IMG/VR virus record: IMGVR_UViG_3300043120_000036
Location: 1-31,178 of that record
Source of the DNA: a virus
Taxonomy: Duplodnaviria; Caudoviricetes
Strand: one strand, 5' to 3'
Length of the DNA: 31,178 nucleotides
In this document: positions 1 to 9,444 of the stretch, piece after piece
How the letters are laid out: every line of letters begins with the position of its first letter
Numbering within the stretch: position 1 is the stretch's first letter
The notes under the pieces: generated by a model
Told to the model about the DNA's origin: nothing
The model's input: the letters and a program-made list of their open reading frames with translations, nothing else
The model's database searches: none
Position numbers and translations under genes: made by a program

Positions 1-107
1 CTCGAATTTTCCTAAAATCGTGAATTATGTTGTTCCCCACGATTAATTTCTGTATATAAATTATATAGTTGTAAAATTAATAAAATAGGTCGAAATAAAA
101 TTGGAAC

Positions 108-135
108 TTGACTAAAATGAAGAATAACCCATAAT
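108..135 (+). promoter_or_regulatory. putative sigma70-like promoter upstream of terS
   Basis: TTGACT (108-113), 16-nt spacer, CATAAT (130-135) in an AT-rich intergenic region. Confidence 0.4.
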
Positions 136-168
136 AGATAGGTAATTTTTAAGAGGACTTTTCGGACT

Positions 169-570
169 ATGAATAACCCGATGATGGAAAAGATACGTGA
201 GAACCCACCAATAGCCGTAAAATCCGATTGGCGCTGCATCGAGCAGTACAAAACCCTTTACGATGATATCACTGGAAATGGTGTTGTACTAAAATACGTT
301 GACCGTCATGCACTTGGTGAACTAGCAACCACCATGGTTGAAATGATGGACCTGCGCAACGAGTTGGCTGTTAAAGGTGAATCAATCGAGGTGCAGGGCG
401 ACCGTAATCGTGTCACTAAGAAAAACCCTGCTGCCGATAGGTTAGAAAAACTGCGAAGCCCGTTGCTCCGCTTAATGCGTGAGTTCCAGATGACCCCGAG
501 TAGCCGTGGTACTAAGTTCAGTGCTGGTGGCGTGGCGCCGAAAGGTGATGATGGTTTTGATGAGGTGTGA
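169..570 (+). CDS. terS: terminase small subunit (P27-like)
   Basis: C-terminal KKNPA...LMREFQMTPSSR motif typical of P27-family TerS; GAGGA SD upstream; lies upstream of terL. Confidence 0.88.
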   Translation: MNNPMMEKIRENPPIAVKSDWRCIEQYKTLYDDITGNGVVLKYVDRHALGELATTMVEMMDLRNELAVKGESIEVQGDRNRVTKKNPAADRLEKLRSPLLRLMREFQMTPSSRGTKFSAGGVAPKGDDGFDEV

Positions 571-794
571 TTATGGACTATTACATTGATGTCGATAAGG
601 CCGTACACCTCGGTTGTATTGGTGAGGTTACTGTTAAACTCCACGGTAAACGGGTTCATCGGTGTGTTGCTGCTAAGTCAGGAACCAATGGTTTTGTTGA
701 ATATCAGGAAGTCCCTCTTCGTGGGTCTGAAGAAATGAGAGTTGTTCATAAGCGCGGTAACGTGAAGATATCGTTTAATAAGTCAGAGGTGTAA
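567..794 (+). CDS. small hypothetical protein between terS and terL
   Basis: GTGA overlap with terS stop; GAGGTG upstream (ATG at 573 is an alternative start); fills the gap in the operon. Confidence 0.7.
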   Translation: MIMDYYIDVDKAVHLGCIGEVTVKLHGKRVHRCVAAKSGTNGFVEYQEVPLRGSEEMRVVHKRGNVKISFNKSEV

Positions 795-797
795 CAG

Positions 798-2582
798 TTG
801 TCCGAATTTAACCTCGATATTTCACAGTATGAATATCCTGACTTGCAGCCTGGTGACCAAGATTGGCGCTGGGCGCATCGGTACTGTCACGACATCCTCA
901 CCGGAAAAGTCCCATCGTGTAAGAAAATGCGCTGGGCAGCAGAGCGCCACTTCCGTGACCTGCAACGTGATGACATTTATTGGGATGAAGCCGCGGCTAA
1001 AAGCATCGTTGCTTGGTTCCGATTCTGTCCAATTATCAAAGGACCAAAAGCAGGAACACCAACAGTCCTCGACCCCTGTCAGATATGGATGGCCGCTTCA
1101 CTCATTGCGTGGCGCTGGTCAGAAGATGCTTACGAGACTGACAATGCTACCGGTATGGTGATTCAGACCCGTTGGGCTGGAACTAGGCGGTTTAACCAGT
1201 TCTTCGGGTTGGTGGCGCGTAAATTTGGTAAAACCACGTTTATCGCCGGTATCAAACTATACCTAATGTTCAAGGCTGGTTATGGCCCCCGCGTATTTTC
1301 ATTGGCTACAAAACGTGATCAGGCTAAAGAGGTGTGGTCGGTAGCGTGGAAGATGATTAAGTTATCGCCGAGGCTACAGGAATACTTCCAACCTCGCGCA
1401 AACGATATCCGTATGCCCGGCACCGATGGTGAGTTTAAGCCATTGGCCAGTGATAGTAACTCGCTTGACGGTCTTGACCCTATTGCAGCGTGTCTCGATG
1501 AATGTCACGCGATTAAGGACCGTAACCTGTATGGTGTGCTTATTTCGGCATTCGGTTCGAACCAAGGTGAGTTTTTATTTTCTGTAATCACCACTGCCGG
1601 GTTCATCCTCGACGGGCTGTGTACTGATATCTACAAGAACGGTGAGCGTGTTCTTAACCCTGACGATGATACCGTTCAGGATAACTACTTCTACGCTATT
1701 TTTGAGATTGACAAGGGTGACGATTGGACCGATGAGAAAACTTGGTTCAAGTCAAACCCTGGTTTAGCGTTTGGGCGCCCATCACTGCAATACCTCCGTG
1801 ACCGTTACGCTGAGGCGTGTATGTCGGTTGCTGAGAAGGCTAACTTCCTCACAAAGCACTGTAATCTATTCGTATCAGGTTCTGACAAATGGCTCGACAT
1901 GGATGAGGTGAGAGCGTGTGACAAACCTCGTGGTGAATCATATCTTGACCCGATATATCGTGGCCGTGAATGTTATATCGGTATCGACCGCGCCCGTGTG
2001 AACGATATCACCAGTTTCGCAATACTATTCCCGATGGACGACGGCGGTCTCGACATTTTCTTTGTAAACCTATTGCCACAGAAAACCATTGATGGGGTCA
2101 CAGCATTCTTACACCAGAAATATCTGAAGGCTATCGAACTCGGTGACCTCACTCCGATAAATACTCCGACTGTTCGGGATGACGATGTTAAATTATATAT
2201 CAGGAAACTGAACAAACAGCTTAACCCGGTGGCATTCTATTATGACCCTTGGCACATGCGGTCAATCTGTGAAGATATGGATGATGAAAACATACCGGTG
2301 ATCTCGGTGTCACAGGGTACTGGTAACATGTCGGAACCATCAAAAATCCTTGAAGGGCTTATCAGTGAGGGTTTACTGAGATTCGATAGTGTGTTATTTG
2401 AGTACGCATGTGAATGTGCTATGATGCGGTTATCAATGGAAAATAATATGAAGGTCTATCGTGAAAACGACAAGATCGATAAGATAGACCCGTTAATTTC
2501 CACTATTATCGGATTGTCTGGTGCTACTCTGATTAAACCGGATCGTAATATTTATGAAGAACGAGGATTATTATCAATATGA
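798..2582 (+). CDS. terL: terminase large subunit (Terminase_1/HK97-like)
   Basis: Walker A VARKFGKT, Walker B ACLDECH, ITTAG motif, nuclease motifs IGID and KIDP; TTG start with GAGGTG SD. Confidence 0.96.
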   Translation: MSEFNLDISQYEYPDLQPGDQDWRWAHRYCHDILTGKVPSCKKMRWAAERHFRDLQRDDIYWDEAAAKSIVAWFRFCPIIKGPKAGTPTVLDPCQIWMAASLIAWRWSEDAYETDNATGMVIQTRWAGTRRFNQFFGLVARKFGKTTFIAGIKLYLMFKAGYGPRVFSLATKRDQAKEVWSVAWKMIKLSPRLQEYFQPRANDIRMPGTDGEFKPLASDSNSLDGLDPIAACLDECHAIKDRNLYGVLISAFGSNQGEFLFSVITTAGFILDGLCTDIYKNGERVLNPDDDTVQDNYFYAIFEIDKGDDWTDEKTWFKSNPGLAFGRPSLQYLRDRYAEACMSVAEKANFLTKHCNLFVSGSDKWLDMDEVRACDKPRGESYLDPIYRGRECYIGIDRARVNDITSFAILFPMDDGGLDIFFVNLLPQKTIDGVTAFLHQKYLKAIELGDLTPINTPTVRDDDVKLYIRKLNKQLNPVAFYYDPWHMRSICEDMDDENIPVISVSQGTGNMSEPSKILEGLISEGLLRFDSVLFEYACECAMMRLSMENNMKVYRENDKIDKIDPLISTIIGLSGATLIKPDRNIYEERGLLSI

Positions 2583-3883
2583 ACTTACTCAGTTGGTTTA
2601 ATTCGTCCACCAGCGAAAATACCGCTGAGAAGGTCGAACCCTCGTTTAATGGGCCAGACTTAAATATCAAGATGGACCCAGGTAACCTCGTCACCGTCGA
2701 TATGCTCGCCACACGATATGGTACTGGCACAGTGTCGGCAGATTCGGCCATGAAGATTGAAGCCTATTACTCGTGCATCCGGGATAAGGCTGAAACCATT
2801 GGTTCTTTACCTCTGAAACTATTTACCCAAGAAGGTGAAAACCCTCGCCGTGAAATGAAGCAGGGTCGAAGCAAGCGGATATTTACCGAGCGACCAAACG
2901 AGTACCAGTCAATCATTGAGTTCATGGAAATGGCCGCGGCAGTATTGGAGCGCCGTGGTGCATTCTATGCGTATGCTCCTCGTAATGACCGTGGTGCCGT
3001 GATGGAGTTTATCCCGTTCCGTCATCAAGGCTCAGTTGTCCCAAACATGGACATGAACGGCAACGTGTACTGGACATATACGTTGAATGACGGTCGCCCA
3101 CAACTCACTATTGATGATCGTGAGTTATTTCGCATCACCTTGTTCAGTACCGATGGTATTCATCCGACTAATCCAATCTATCAGTGTGCTAACCAGTTGG
3201 GGATCGCGCTAGCACAGGATAAGTCATACAAGAATAACCAAGAAAAAGGTATGACTACTCAGATGGGCCTTAAAACACCTAATCAGTTTAATGATGCCAA
3301 CGCGGTGCAGCGCCTTAAAGATGATTTCAAGAAAATGCGCGGTCCAACCGGTTTCGAGAATATCCCGTTGTTTGAAAATGGCCTCGAACCCGTTTGGTTC
3401 CAGTTAAGCAGCAAGGAACAGGAATTACTTGGTCACCGTCAATTCACCATTGACCGTATTTGCCGAATGACTCGTGTGCCACCACACCGCGTCGGTTTCT
3501 CAGATAAAGGTACTACGGTAAGCGACCCGACCAAACTCGATGAAGCCTACATGAACAGCGGTATCAATCCGATACTGCGTAAATTCGAGGGTGAGTTTAA
3601 CCGTTTCTTGCCGACAGGTATGCACGTTCAATTTGACAGGAATGCGTTTTACCAGGGTTCCCCTTGGCGTCTTGGTGAAGCGATTGAGAAACAGGTTAAA
3701 GCAGGGTTAGTAACCGTTAATGAAGGTCGCGTGATGCTCGGCATGGAACCTGTTGACGGTGGTGATGTATTCGGTATCGACAATAACAACGTAACGTATG
3801 GCACATGGGATGACCTCCCTGCGATACAAGCTCAACTTTATGGCGGTAATGGCACCAACGGAGGTAACACCAATGAAAACTAA
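2579..3883 (+). CDS. portal protein (HK97 family)
   Basis: IGSLPLKLF, RPNEYQS, ICRMTRVPPH, TVNEGR motifs; ATGA overlap with terL. Confidence 0.95.
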   Translation: MNLLSWFNSSTSENTAEKVEPSFNGPDLNIKMDPGNLVTVDMLATRYGTGTVSADSAMKIEAYYSCIRDKAETIGSLPLKLFTQEGENPRREMKQGRSKRIFTERPNEYQSIIEFMEMAAAVLERRGAFYAYAPRNDRGAVMEFIPFRHQGSVVPNMDMNGNVYWTYTLNDGRPQLTIDDRELFRITLFSTDGIHPTNPIYQCANQLGIALAQDKSYKNNQEKGMTTQMGLKTPNQFNDANAVQRLKDDFKKMRGPTGFENIPLFENGLEPVWFQLSSKEQELLGHRQFTIDRICRMTRVPPHRVGFSDKGTTVSDPTKLDEAYMNSGINPILRKFEGEFNRFLPTGMHVQFDRNAFYQGSPWRLGEAIEKQVKAGLVTVNEGRVMLGMEPVDGGDVFGIDNNNVTYGTWDDLPAIQAQLYGGNGTNGGNTNEN

Positions 3884-4523
3884 ACAATACCGAGAAGTTG
3901 GTGTAACTGACTTCAAATACGATAAAGCCACCGGTGAATTTACCTGTTACGGTAATACCAAGGGTAATATCGACCATGCGCTTGACCGTACACTGGATGG
4001 TGCATACCAGAATAGTATCGAAACCCACATGAAGAATGGGACAATGCCTAAAATGTTCTGGATGCACAAAGCTTACGATCTGCCTGTCGGTGTCTGGCTT
4101 GAAATGAAGGAAGACCAAAAAGGACTTTGGTTAAAAGGTCGATTATCTGATACCAGTATGGGTCGTGATATTGAAACCTTGGCCAAAGATGGTGCTCTCG
4201 ACTCATTCAGTATTGGTTACTACGTTATTCAGGAAAAGTGGAACCAAGAAGCTCGCTGCAACGACCTCATTGAAATCGATATTAAAGAGATCTCATGGGT
4301 GACATATGCTTGCAATGAAGAATCTTTGTTGCAGGATATTAAGTCCAAAATGGATGATGGTAAGATGCCGACCAAGGCCGAATTGCGTGAGTTATTGAAA
4401 TCACTACCCCATGGTTTAAGTAAGAAACAAATTGAACGTATCACCAGTTGTTATCAACCAACCGAAGAACCTGATTTAACTGAAATTAAATCAATACTTG
4501 AAGGTTCGTCGTTGTTTAAGTAA
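3873..4523 (+). CDS. HK97-family prohead maturation protease
   Basis: MFWMH, PVGVW, GLWLKGRL, SFSIGY, EISWV motifs; start moved from 3798 to the in-frame ATG 3873 preceded by GGAGG. Confidence 0.93.
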   Translation: MKTKQYREVGVTDFKYDKATGEFTCYGNTKGNIDHALDRTLDGAYQNSIETHMKNGTMPKMFWMHKAYDLPVGVWLEMKEDQKGLWLKGRLSDTSMGRDIETLAKDGALDSFSIGYYVIQEKWNQEARCNDLIEIDIKEISWVTYACNEESLLQDIKSKMDDGKMPTKAELRELLKSLPHGLSKKQIERITSCYQPTEEPDLTEIKSILEGSSLFK

Positions 4524-4606
4524 TATTTATGCGACAGTGTGGACACACGAGTCACCGCTTGGATAAGCGTAATAACTCTCAAACCACTTAATAAAGGAGT
4601 CCTGTT

Positions 4607-5938
4607 ATGGACATTGCGGAATTACAGGCGCTTATCCAGAAGGCGACCGAGAAATATGAAGCTCAGGCAACTAAAAACGCTGCCCTTGAGTCCACTATCA
4701 CTGAACTGAAGTCACAAGTTGAAGCGTTCAAAGCTAAACTTGATGCTGGTGATCCTGAAGCTAAACAAAAATTGGAAGACCTCGAAAATGAGATCTCTGA
4801 TTTGCGTTCTAAGCAAAAATCACCTGTGCTGGCGATCACTGATGAAGAACAGAAAAAAGCGCTACGTGAAGTTGCCCGTAAAGCCTTTGCTACTGTTATT
4901 AAAACCAACAGTAAAACCAAGGGCGACATCATGGGCGCTGCCCGTGAACAGATTGACGTTGAAATCAAAGCCTTGAATATCAGCACTCCGGCAGAAGGCG
5001 GTTACGCTGTAGCTGAAATTCTGTCAATGGATGTGATGGATATTGCTCGTGAATACAGTCCTATCGCCAGCCAGATCATGTATAAGACCGGTATCACTCG
5101 TGACTACCGTCAGCTTATCCGTATTTCATGGCCAGCGGTTGCTGAAGGCATTGAAAATGTCGCTGGTGCTGTCCCTACAGTCACAGCTACCCAAGAATAC
5201 GCTGAAGTTAAGTCGAAAGAGTTCAAGTTGTACGCTTCACCATATATCACCAATGAAGCCCTTATGGGTACTGATATTGACGTGTACGGTGATTTGACCA
5301 TGGCTCTTGGTGAAGAAATCGGCGTGTATCTGGCTAACCAGTTGTTATTCGGTGATGGTACTGGTAAAAACGCTCGTGGTATGTTGTCGTCCAATCGTGT
5401 TGATATCACTGATGTTACTGGTGAGTCATGGAAGGCTACTGGTACTCGTAACCCTGACTTCTTCCCTGCGTATGGTACGGGTGTGTCAGGTGCCATTGGT
5501 ATCGATGACCAGGCGATTGTTGACTTCGTCATCGATGTTACCAACACTCTGCCAACCCGTTATCTCGGCGGCGCAGCATGGTATATGAACCGTAAGACTA
5601 AAGGTATCTTCCAGAAGGTACGTGATGCTGACGGTAAACCGATTTTCCAATATGACTATATCGAAGGCTTACCTGGCCGTCGTTTGGTTCTGGAAGGTTA
5701 TCCGGTCATTATCGATGATACCATGCCGGATGTTGCCGCTAACTCACTGTTTGCTATCTTCGGCAATATGTCTGCAGCGTTTGCGTACAATGCTGGCAGT
5801 ATTGACCAGATGCTATTGGACCCATACACTAAGAAGGGCGGCCTCTTGGTTTATACCGAGAAAGAGTTCTTCGAGATGGTGCAACGTAGTGACGCAATCC
5901 TGATTCTAGCAGCAACCACCAATGACACTGTAGTATAA
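4607..5938 (+). CDS. major capsid protein, HK97 fold, with N-terminal coiled-coil scaffold (delta) domain
   Basis: Helical N-terminal ~120 aa, probable cleavage near EIK/ALNISTPAEGGYAV; GDGTGK, AAWYMN, DADGKPI, LEGYPV motifs; strong AAGGAG SD. Confidence 0.96.
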   Translation: MDIAELQALIQKATEKYEAQATKNAALESTITELKSQVEAFKAKLDAGDPEAKQKLEDLENEISDLRSKQKSPVLAITDEEQKKALREVARKAFATVIKTNSKTKGDIMGAAREQIDVEIKALNISTPAEGGYAVAEILSMDVMDIAREYSPIASQIMYKTGITRDYRQLIRISWPAVAEGIENVAGAVPTVTATQEYAEVKSKEFKLYASPYITNEALMGTDIDVYGDLTMALGEEIGVYLANQLLFGDGTGKNARGMLSSNRVDITDVTGESWKATGTRNPDFFPAYGTGVSGAIGIDDQAIVDFVIDVTNTLPTRYLGGAAWYMNRKTKGIFQKVRDADGKPIFQYDYIEGLPGRRLVLEGYPVIIDDTMPDVAANSLFAIFGNMSAAFAYNAGSIDQMLLDPYTKKGGLLVYTEKEFFEMVQRSDAILILAATTNDTVV

Positions 5939-5956
5939 TAACCAGTAAATAATATT

Positions 5957-5983
5957 AGCCACCTTTCGAGGTGGCTTTTTTTT
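5957..5983 (+). terminator. intrinsic terminator after capsid gene
   Basis: AGCCACCT-TTCG-AGGTGGCT perfect 8-bp stem followed by a T run. Confidence 0.92.
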
Positions 5984-5993
5984 GTTGATAATA

Positions 5994-6023
5994 TTGTCGA
6001 TGTGTTCTTTTTCGGTGTATACT
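5994..6023 (+). promoter_or_regulatory. putative promoter of the endonuclease gene
   Basis: TTGTCG, 18-nt spacer, TATACT, immediately after the capsid terminator. Confidence 0.45.
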
Positions 6024-6050
6024 TTACAAAATAAACCATAGAGAAATATT

Positions 6051-7454
6051 ATGAATAAGAACACTGCATTTATTGAAAAAGCTGTGAAAGTACATGGGTA
6101 TAAATATGATTACAGTAGAGTAAATTATAGAGGTAATCGTGTTAAGGTAATTATAGGTTGCCCAGAAAACGGCTGGTTCGAACAAACCCCTGCAAATCAT
6201 TTATCTGGTCATGGAGTTACGTTAAAACTAAACACTGAAAAGTTTATAGCGTTATCTAGAAAGGTTCACGGTGATAAGTATGACTATTCCGAAGTACATT
6301 ATACTTCGAATAAAGCAAAAGTAACAATAAAATGCCCGATACATGGTAAGTTTGAGCAAGAAGCATCATCACATATGAAAGGTAGAGGATGTGCAGAGTG
6401 TGGAAAGATAAATCGTAGAGGTAAGATAAGAGTTGATTACAAAGAATTTGTAAAGAGAGCAAAGGACGTACATGGTAATAAATATGAGTATTTAAAAAGT
6501 GATTACAAGTCAATTACCGATCTTATGACAATTAAATGCCCCAAACATGGGATATTTATCCAACGCGCATCAGACCATACTTTTAATAATACAGGGTGTC
6601 CTAGATGTTCTTGGGTTTTATCAGCCGCCGAAAGTGAAATACGCTCTGTCATAGATTCTATTGGTATAGATTACTACCATAATGATAGAACTCTTATAAA
6701 ACCGCTCGAACTAGATATTGTTATCCCGAGTCTCAAAATCGCAATCGAGTACAACGGGCTAATCTGGCATTCCGAGAAACATGGAAAAGACAAGTGGTAT
6801 CATTACAATAAAAGTAAAATGTGTGCCAACAAAGGTTATCGTCTTATTCACATATGGGAGGATGACTGGAACCGGAATAAACAACTTCAAATTGAATTTC
6901 TTAAATATCAACTAGGAGTATCCAGATATACCCCAATCTATGCTCGTGAGTGTACTTTAGCCACAATAAGTAAAAAACAGGCTAGTGAGTTTCTTGACTT
7001 ACACCATATCCAAGGTTCAACTGTATTTTCTGAGGCTGTATGCTTAGCTTATAAGGGTGAAATAGTTACCGTTAGCTGCTTCACTAAACGCAGTGATAAA
7101 TATGAGTTGGTTCGACATTGTTCAAGTAAGCCAGTCATAGGTTCACTTGGTAAGTGTGTTAAACATTTCCATAAAATCCACAATACTGAAATCTACACTT
7201 TCTTAGATAAATCTCGTTATGTAGGTAAATCGTATGAAAAAGCTGGTTTCATTAAAGCTTGTGAAATACCACCTGACTATATGTATGTCAAAGGTTCTGT
7301 CAGGTATCACAAGTTTAACTTCCGTAGAGCGCAGATAAAGCGAAAACTGCCGGATGTTTATTCAGAGGAATTAAGTGAGTCACAAATGATGGAAAAAGCC
7401 GGTTACACTCGTGTATGGGACTGTGGTAAGACCAAGTACGTATTCACTAGGTAA
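6051..7454 (+). CDS. Hef-like putative homing endonuclease: three DUF723-like Cys/His repeats, Vsr-like PD-(D/E)XK domain, C-terminal GNAT/Mom-like domain
   Basis: Three VHGxKYxY...IxCPxxGxFxQ...H repeats; ELDIVIPSLKIAIEYNGLIWH...RLIHIWEDDW nuclease motif; IYAREC...YELVRHC...YEKAGF...VWDCG tail; AT-rich relative to neighbours. Confidence 0.8.
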   Translation: MNKNTAFIEKAVKVHGYKYDYSRVNYRGNRVKVIIGCPENGWFEQTPANHLSGHGVTLKLNTEKFIALSRKVHGDKYDYSEVHYTSNKAKVTIKCPIHGKFEQEASSHMKGRGCAECGKINRRGKIRVDYKEFVKRAKDVHGNKYEYLKSDYKSITDLMTIKCPKHGIFIQRASDHTFNNTGCPRCSWVLSAAESEIRSVIDSIGIDYYHNDRTLIKPLELDIVIPSLKIAIEYNGLIWHSEKHGKDKWYHYNKSKMCANKGYRLIHIWEDDWNRNKQLQIEFLKYQLGVSRYTPIYARECTLATISKKQASEFLDLHHIQGSTVFSEAVCLAYKGEIVTVSCFTKRSDKYELVRHCSSKPVIGSLGKCVKHFHKIHNTEIYTFLDKSRYVGKSYEKAGFIKACEIPPDYMYVKGSVRYHKFNFRRAQIKRKLPDVYSEELSESQMMEKAGYTRVWDCGKTKYVFTR

Positions 7455-7457
7455 CCC

Positions 7458-7489
7458 AAATACCCTGGCATTGCTGGGGTATTTTTTTT
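7458..7489 (+). terminator. intrinsic terminator after endonuclease gene
   Basis: TACCCTGGC-ATT-GCTGGGGTA stem (two G-U pairs) followed by 8 T. Confidence 0.85.
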
Positions 7490-7529
7490 ATGCAATAATC
7501 ATGGTATTCGTGGTATAGGAGTTAACACC

Positions 7530-8048
7530 GTGTATAGTAAGATAATCACACAGGACTCGTTGGCAAGCGTGATAAGCCTCGCAGATGCTAAGTTACAGTG
7601 TCGCGTAAGTCACACGGCTGAGGATGCCTATATCACCTCGTTGGTTGAAGTGTGTGCTCGAAATGCACAGGACTATACCCGTAAACTATTATCACCTGGT
7701 AACGTGAAATGTGTGGTCGAAGATTACAATGGTGAAATTATGTTGCCGTATGGTAATCCAACCACTATTAACTCGGTGTTCCTCGACGATACCGAAACCA
7801 CCGAATATGAGTTCGATGATATTACCGAGAAAGTGGTCATCACCGATACCACAACTGAGTTCAGCAAGGTTACAATCGACTTTGATGCGGGTTACACCAC
7901 TATACCTGTTAACACCCTTCATGCCATTAAAATCATGATCTCGACATTCTACAATAACCGTGAAGACCTGATCCTCGGTATGAGTGTTGAACACTTCCCA
8001 CTGGGTGCACTGGCGTTGTTAAACAAGGATAAGTACTATGTCGTTTAA
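7530..8048 (+). CDS. head-tail connector/adaptor (HK97 gp6-like)
   Basis: ISLADAKLQCRV...EDAYITSL and AIKIMISTFYNNRED motifs; GTG start with GGAG SD. Confidence 0.9.
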   Translation: MYSKIITQDSLASVISLADAKLQCRVSHTAEDAYITSLVEVCARNAQDYTRKLLSPGNVKCVVEDYNGEIMLPYGNPTTINSVFLDDTETTEYEFDDITEKVVITDTTTEFSKVTIDFDAGYTTIPVNTLHAIKIMISTFYNNREDLILGMSVEHFPLGALALLNKDKYYVV

Positions 8049-8373
8049 CATTACGGCCAGCCGCTTACGTCATGTGGTGAACATCCTCACACCGGCATTA
8101 CCGGGTGAAACCGATGACTACGGTGACCCATTGCCACCGAGCATGTTAATCGAGAACATGTTCTGTGAAGTGCAGGTTAAGTCTGGTGACCAGAACTCTG
8201 CATATAGCACTGAGGTGACCAGTGAAGTGATCACAGTGCTTTGCTGGTACGATGACCGTATTACAAACGAGCAGTATATCGAATGGAATGGGAACCAGTA
8301 CATTATCCGTCACACACGTAACAGTACCGACCGTAACGGTATGATTATCACAGCCATGAGGGAATCCAAATGA
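8038..8373 (+). CDS. head closure/stopper protein (SPP1 gp16-like)
   Basis: RLRHVVNI...DDYGD...IEWNGNQYII pattern; position after the adaptor. Confidence 0.82.
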   Translation: MSFNITASRLRHVVNILTPALPGETDDYGDPLPPSMLIENMFCEVQVKSGDQNSAYSTEVTSEVITVLCWYDDRITNEQYIEWNGNQYIIRHTRNSTDRNGMIITAMRESK

Positions 8374-8398
8374 GGGGTAGTAACCGTGGTGTATTCCT

Positions 8399-8755
8399 AT
8401 GAGCAACGAAACCAAATTAATAGCGCTATTAAAAGCCAATCTATCGACCACAGTATATAGCGACCTGGTTCCTGAGTCGGTAACTGAAGGTGTTGCTATC
8501 AGTAATGTGGCCAATCCGTTTGGACGCATATTGAATGGTGATAAAACGCAGCGTTCTGGAGTATGGCGTGTTACCATTGTGGCATCGTCTAAAGCCCGCC
8601 GTGATGCCATTATCACTGAACTTGAAAACCTAGATAATACGAGCGATAATGACTTTCAGCGTATTTACGCGGATTTAGTTAACAAAGAAGCGAAAGAATC
8701 CGAAGAACAACCAGTGGTTCGGGCATTCGTTGACATAACCCTTTATCCAAGATAA
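8399..8755 (+). CDS. putative tail terminator/completion protein
   Basis: Size and position directly before the major tail protein. Confidence 0.65.
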   Translation: MSNETKLIALLKANLSTTVYSDLVPESVTEGVAISNVANPFGRILNGDKTQRSGVWRVTIVASSKARRDAIITELENLDNTSDNDFQRIYADLVNKEAKESEEQPVVRAFVDITLYPR

Positions 8756-8766
8756 GGAACATAAAG

Positions 8767-9444
8767 ATGAGTGATGACGTAATCTTAGTTGCCGGCACCA
8801 TTGTTGAAATGGAAACCGGTTCAATCGGCTCTGGCATTTGGCAAGTAGTACCTAAGATTACAGGTATGGGCGCCACAGGTGATATGGCCGATCCGAAAGA
8901 GAAAACCACTCTTTCTGACAAGAAGAAAAAGTATGGTGACTCTTTACCTGACGCACTAGATAAAAACCTAAGTGCTCAATATATTCCATTCCAAGATGTT
9001 GGTGACGATCATTATGATGATTACGTCTTACAGCAAGCGTTCATCACTCGTTGTCAGAACCGTGAAGAGTTCAACATCCGTGTTAAATGGCCCGATAACG
9101 ACGTTAACGGCTTCTTGTGGAAATCTCTAGGCTTCCAATGGGATGAAGCCACCCAAGAAGACTGGAAGATGTTTACTGTTAACGGTAAACAGAACTCATT
9201 CTGTATCATGGACGTTAATCTTTCTGGTACTGCAACTGTTGCAGCAGCAGCTACTACACAGTTAACCGCATCGTGGGTGCCAATGCTTGAAAACGAACCA
9301 GGTACTATCCTATGGTCATCTTCAGACAAAGCTGTTGCCACCGTTGACACTGCCGGTTTGGTTACTGGTGTTTCCGCCGGTACTGCCACCATCACCGCTG
9401 AAATCCGTGGTGTTCCTGGTACTTTGGAGGTCACTGTATCATGA
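8767..9444 (+). CDS. major tail tube protein with C-terminal Ig-like (Big_2) domain
   Basis: Tail tube-like N-terminal part; C-terminal WSSSDKAVATVDTAGLVTGVSAGTATITA Big_2 signature; AAGGA SD. Confidence 0.9.
   Translation: MSDDVILVAGTIVEMETGSIGSGIWQVVPKITGMGATGDMADPKEKTTLSDKKKKYGDSLPDALDKNLSAQYIPFQDVGDDHYDDYVLQQAFITRCQNREEFNIRVKWPDNDVNGFLWKSLGFQWDEATQEDWKMFTVNGKQNSFCIMDVNLSGTATVAAAATTQLTASWVPMLENEPGTILWSSSDKAVATVDTAGLVTGVSAGTATITAEIRGVPGTLEVTVS

Noticed and set aside
117-179. Mini-ORF MKNNP echoing the terS start MNNP (GAATAACCC twice)
   Set aside because: 9-bp match in AT-rich DNA, lies within the predicted promoter; likely chance or an old duplication
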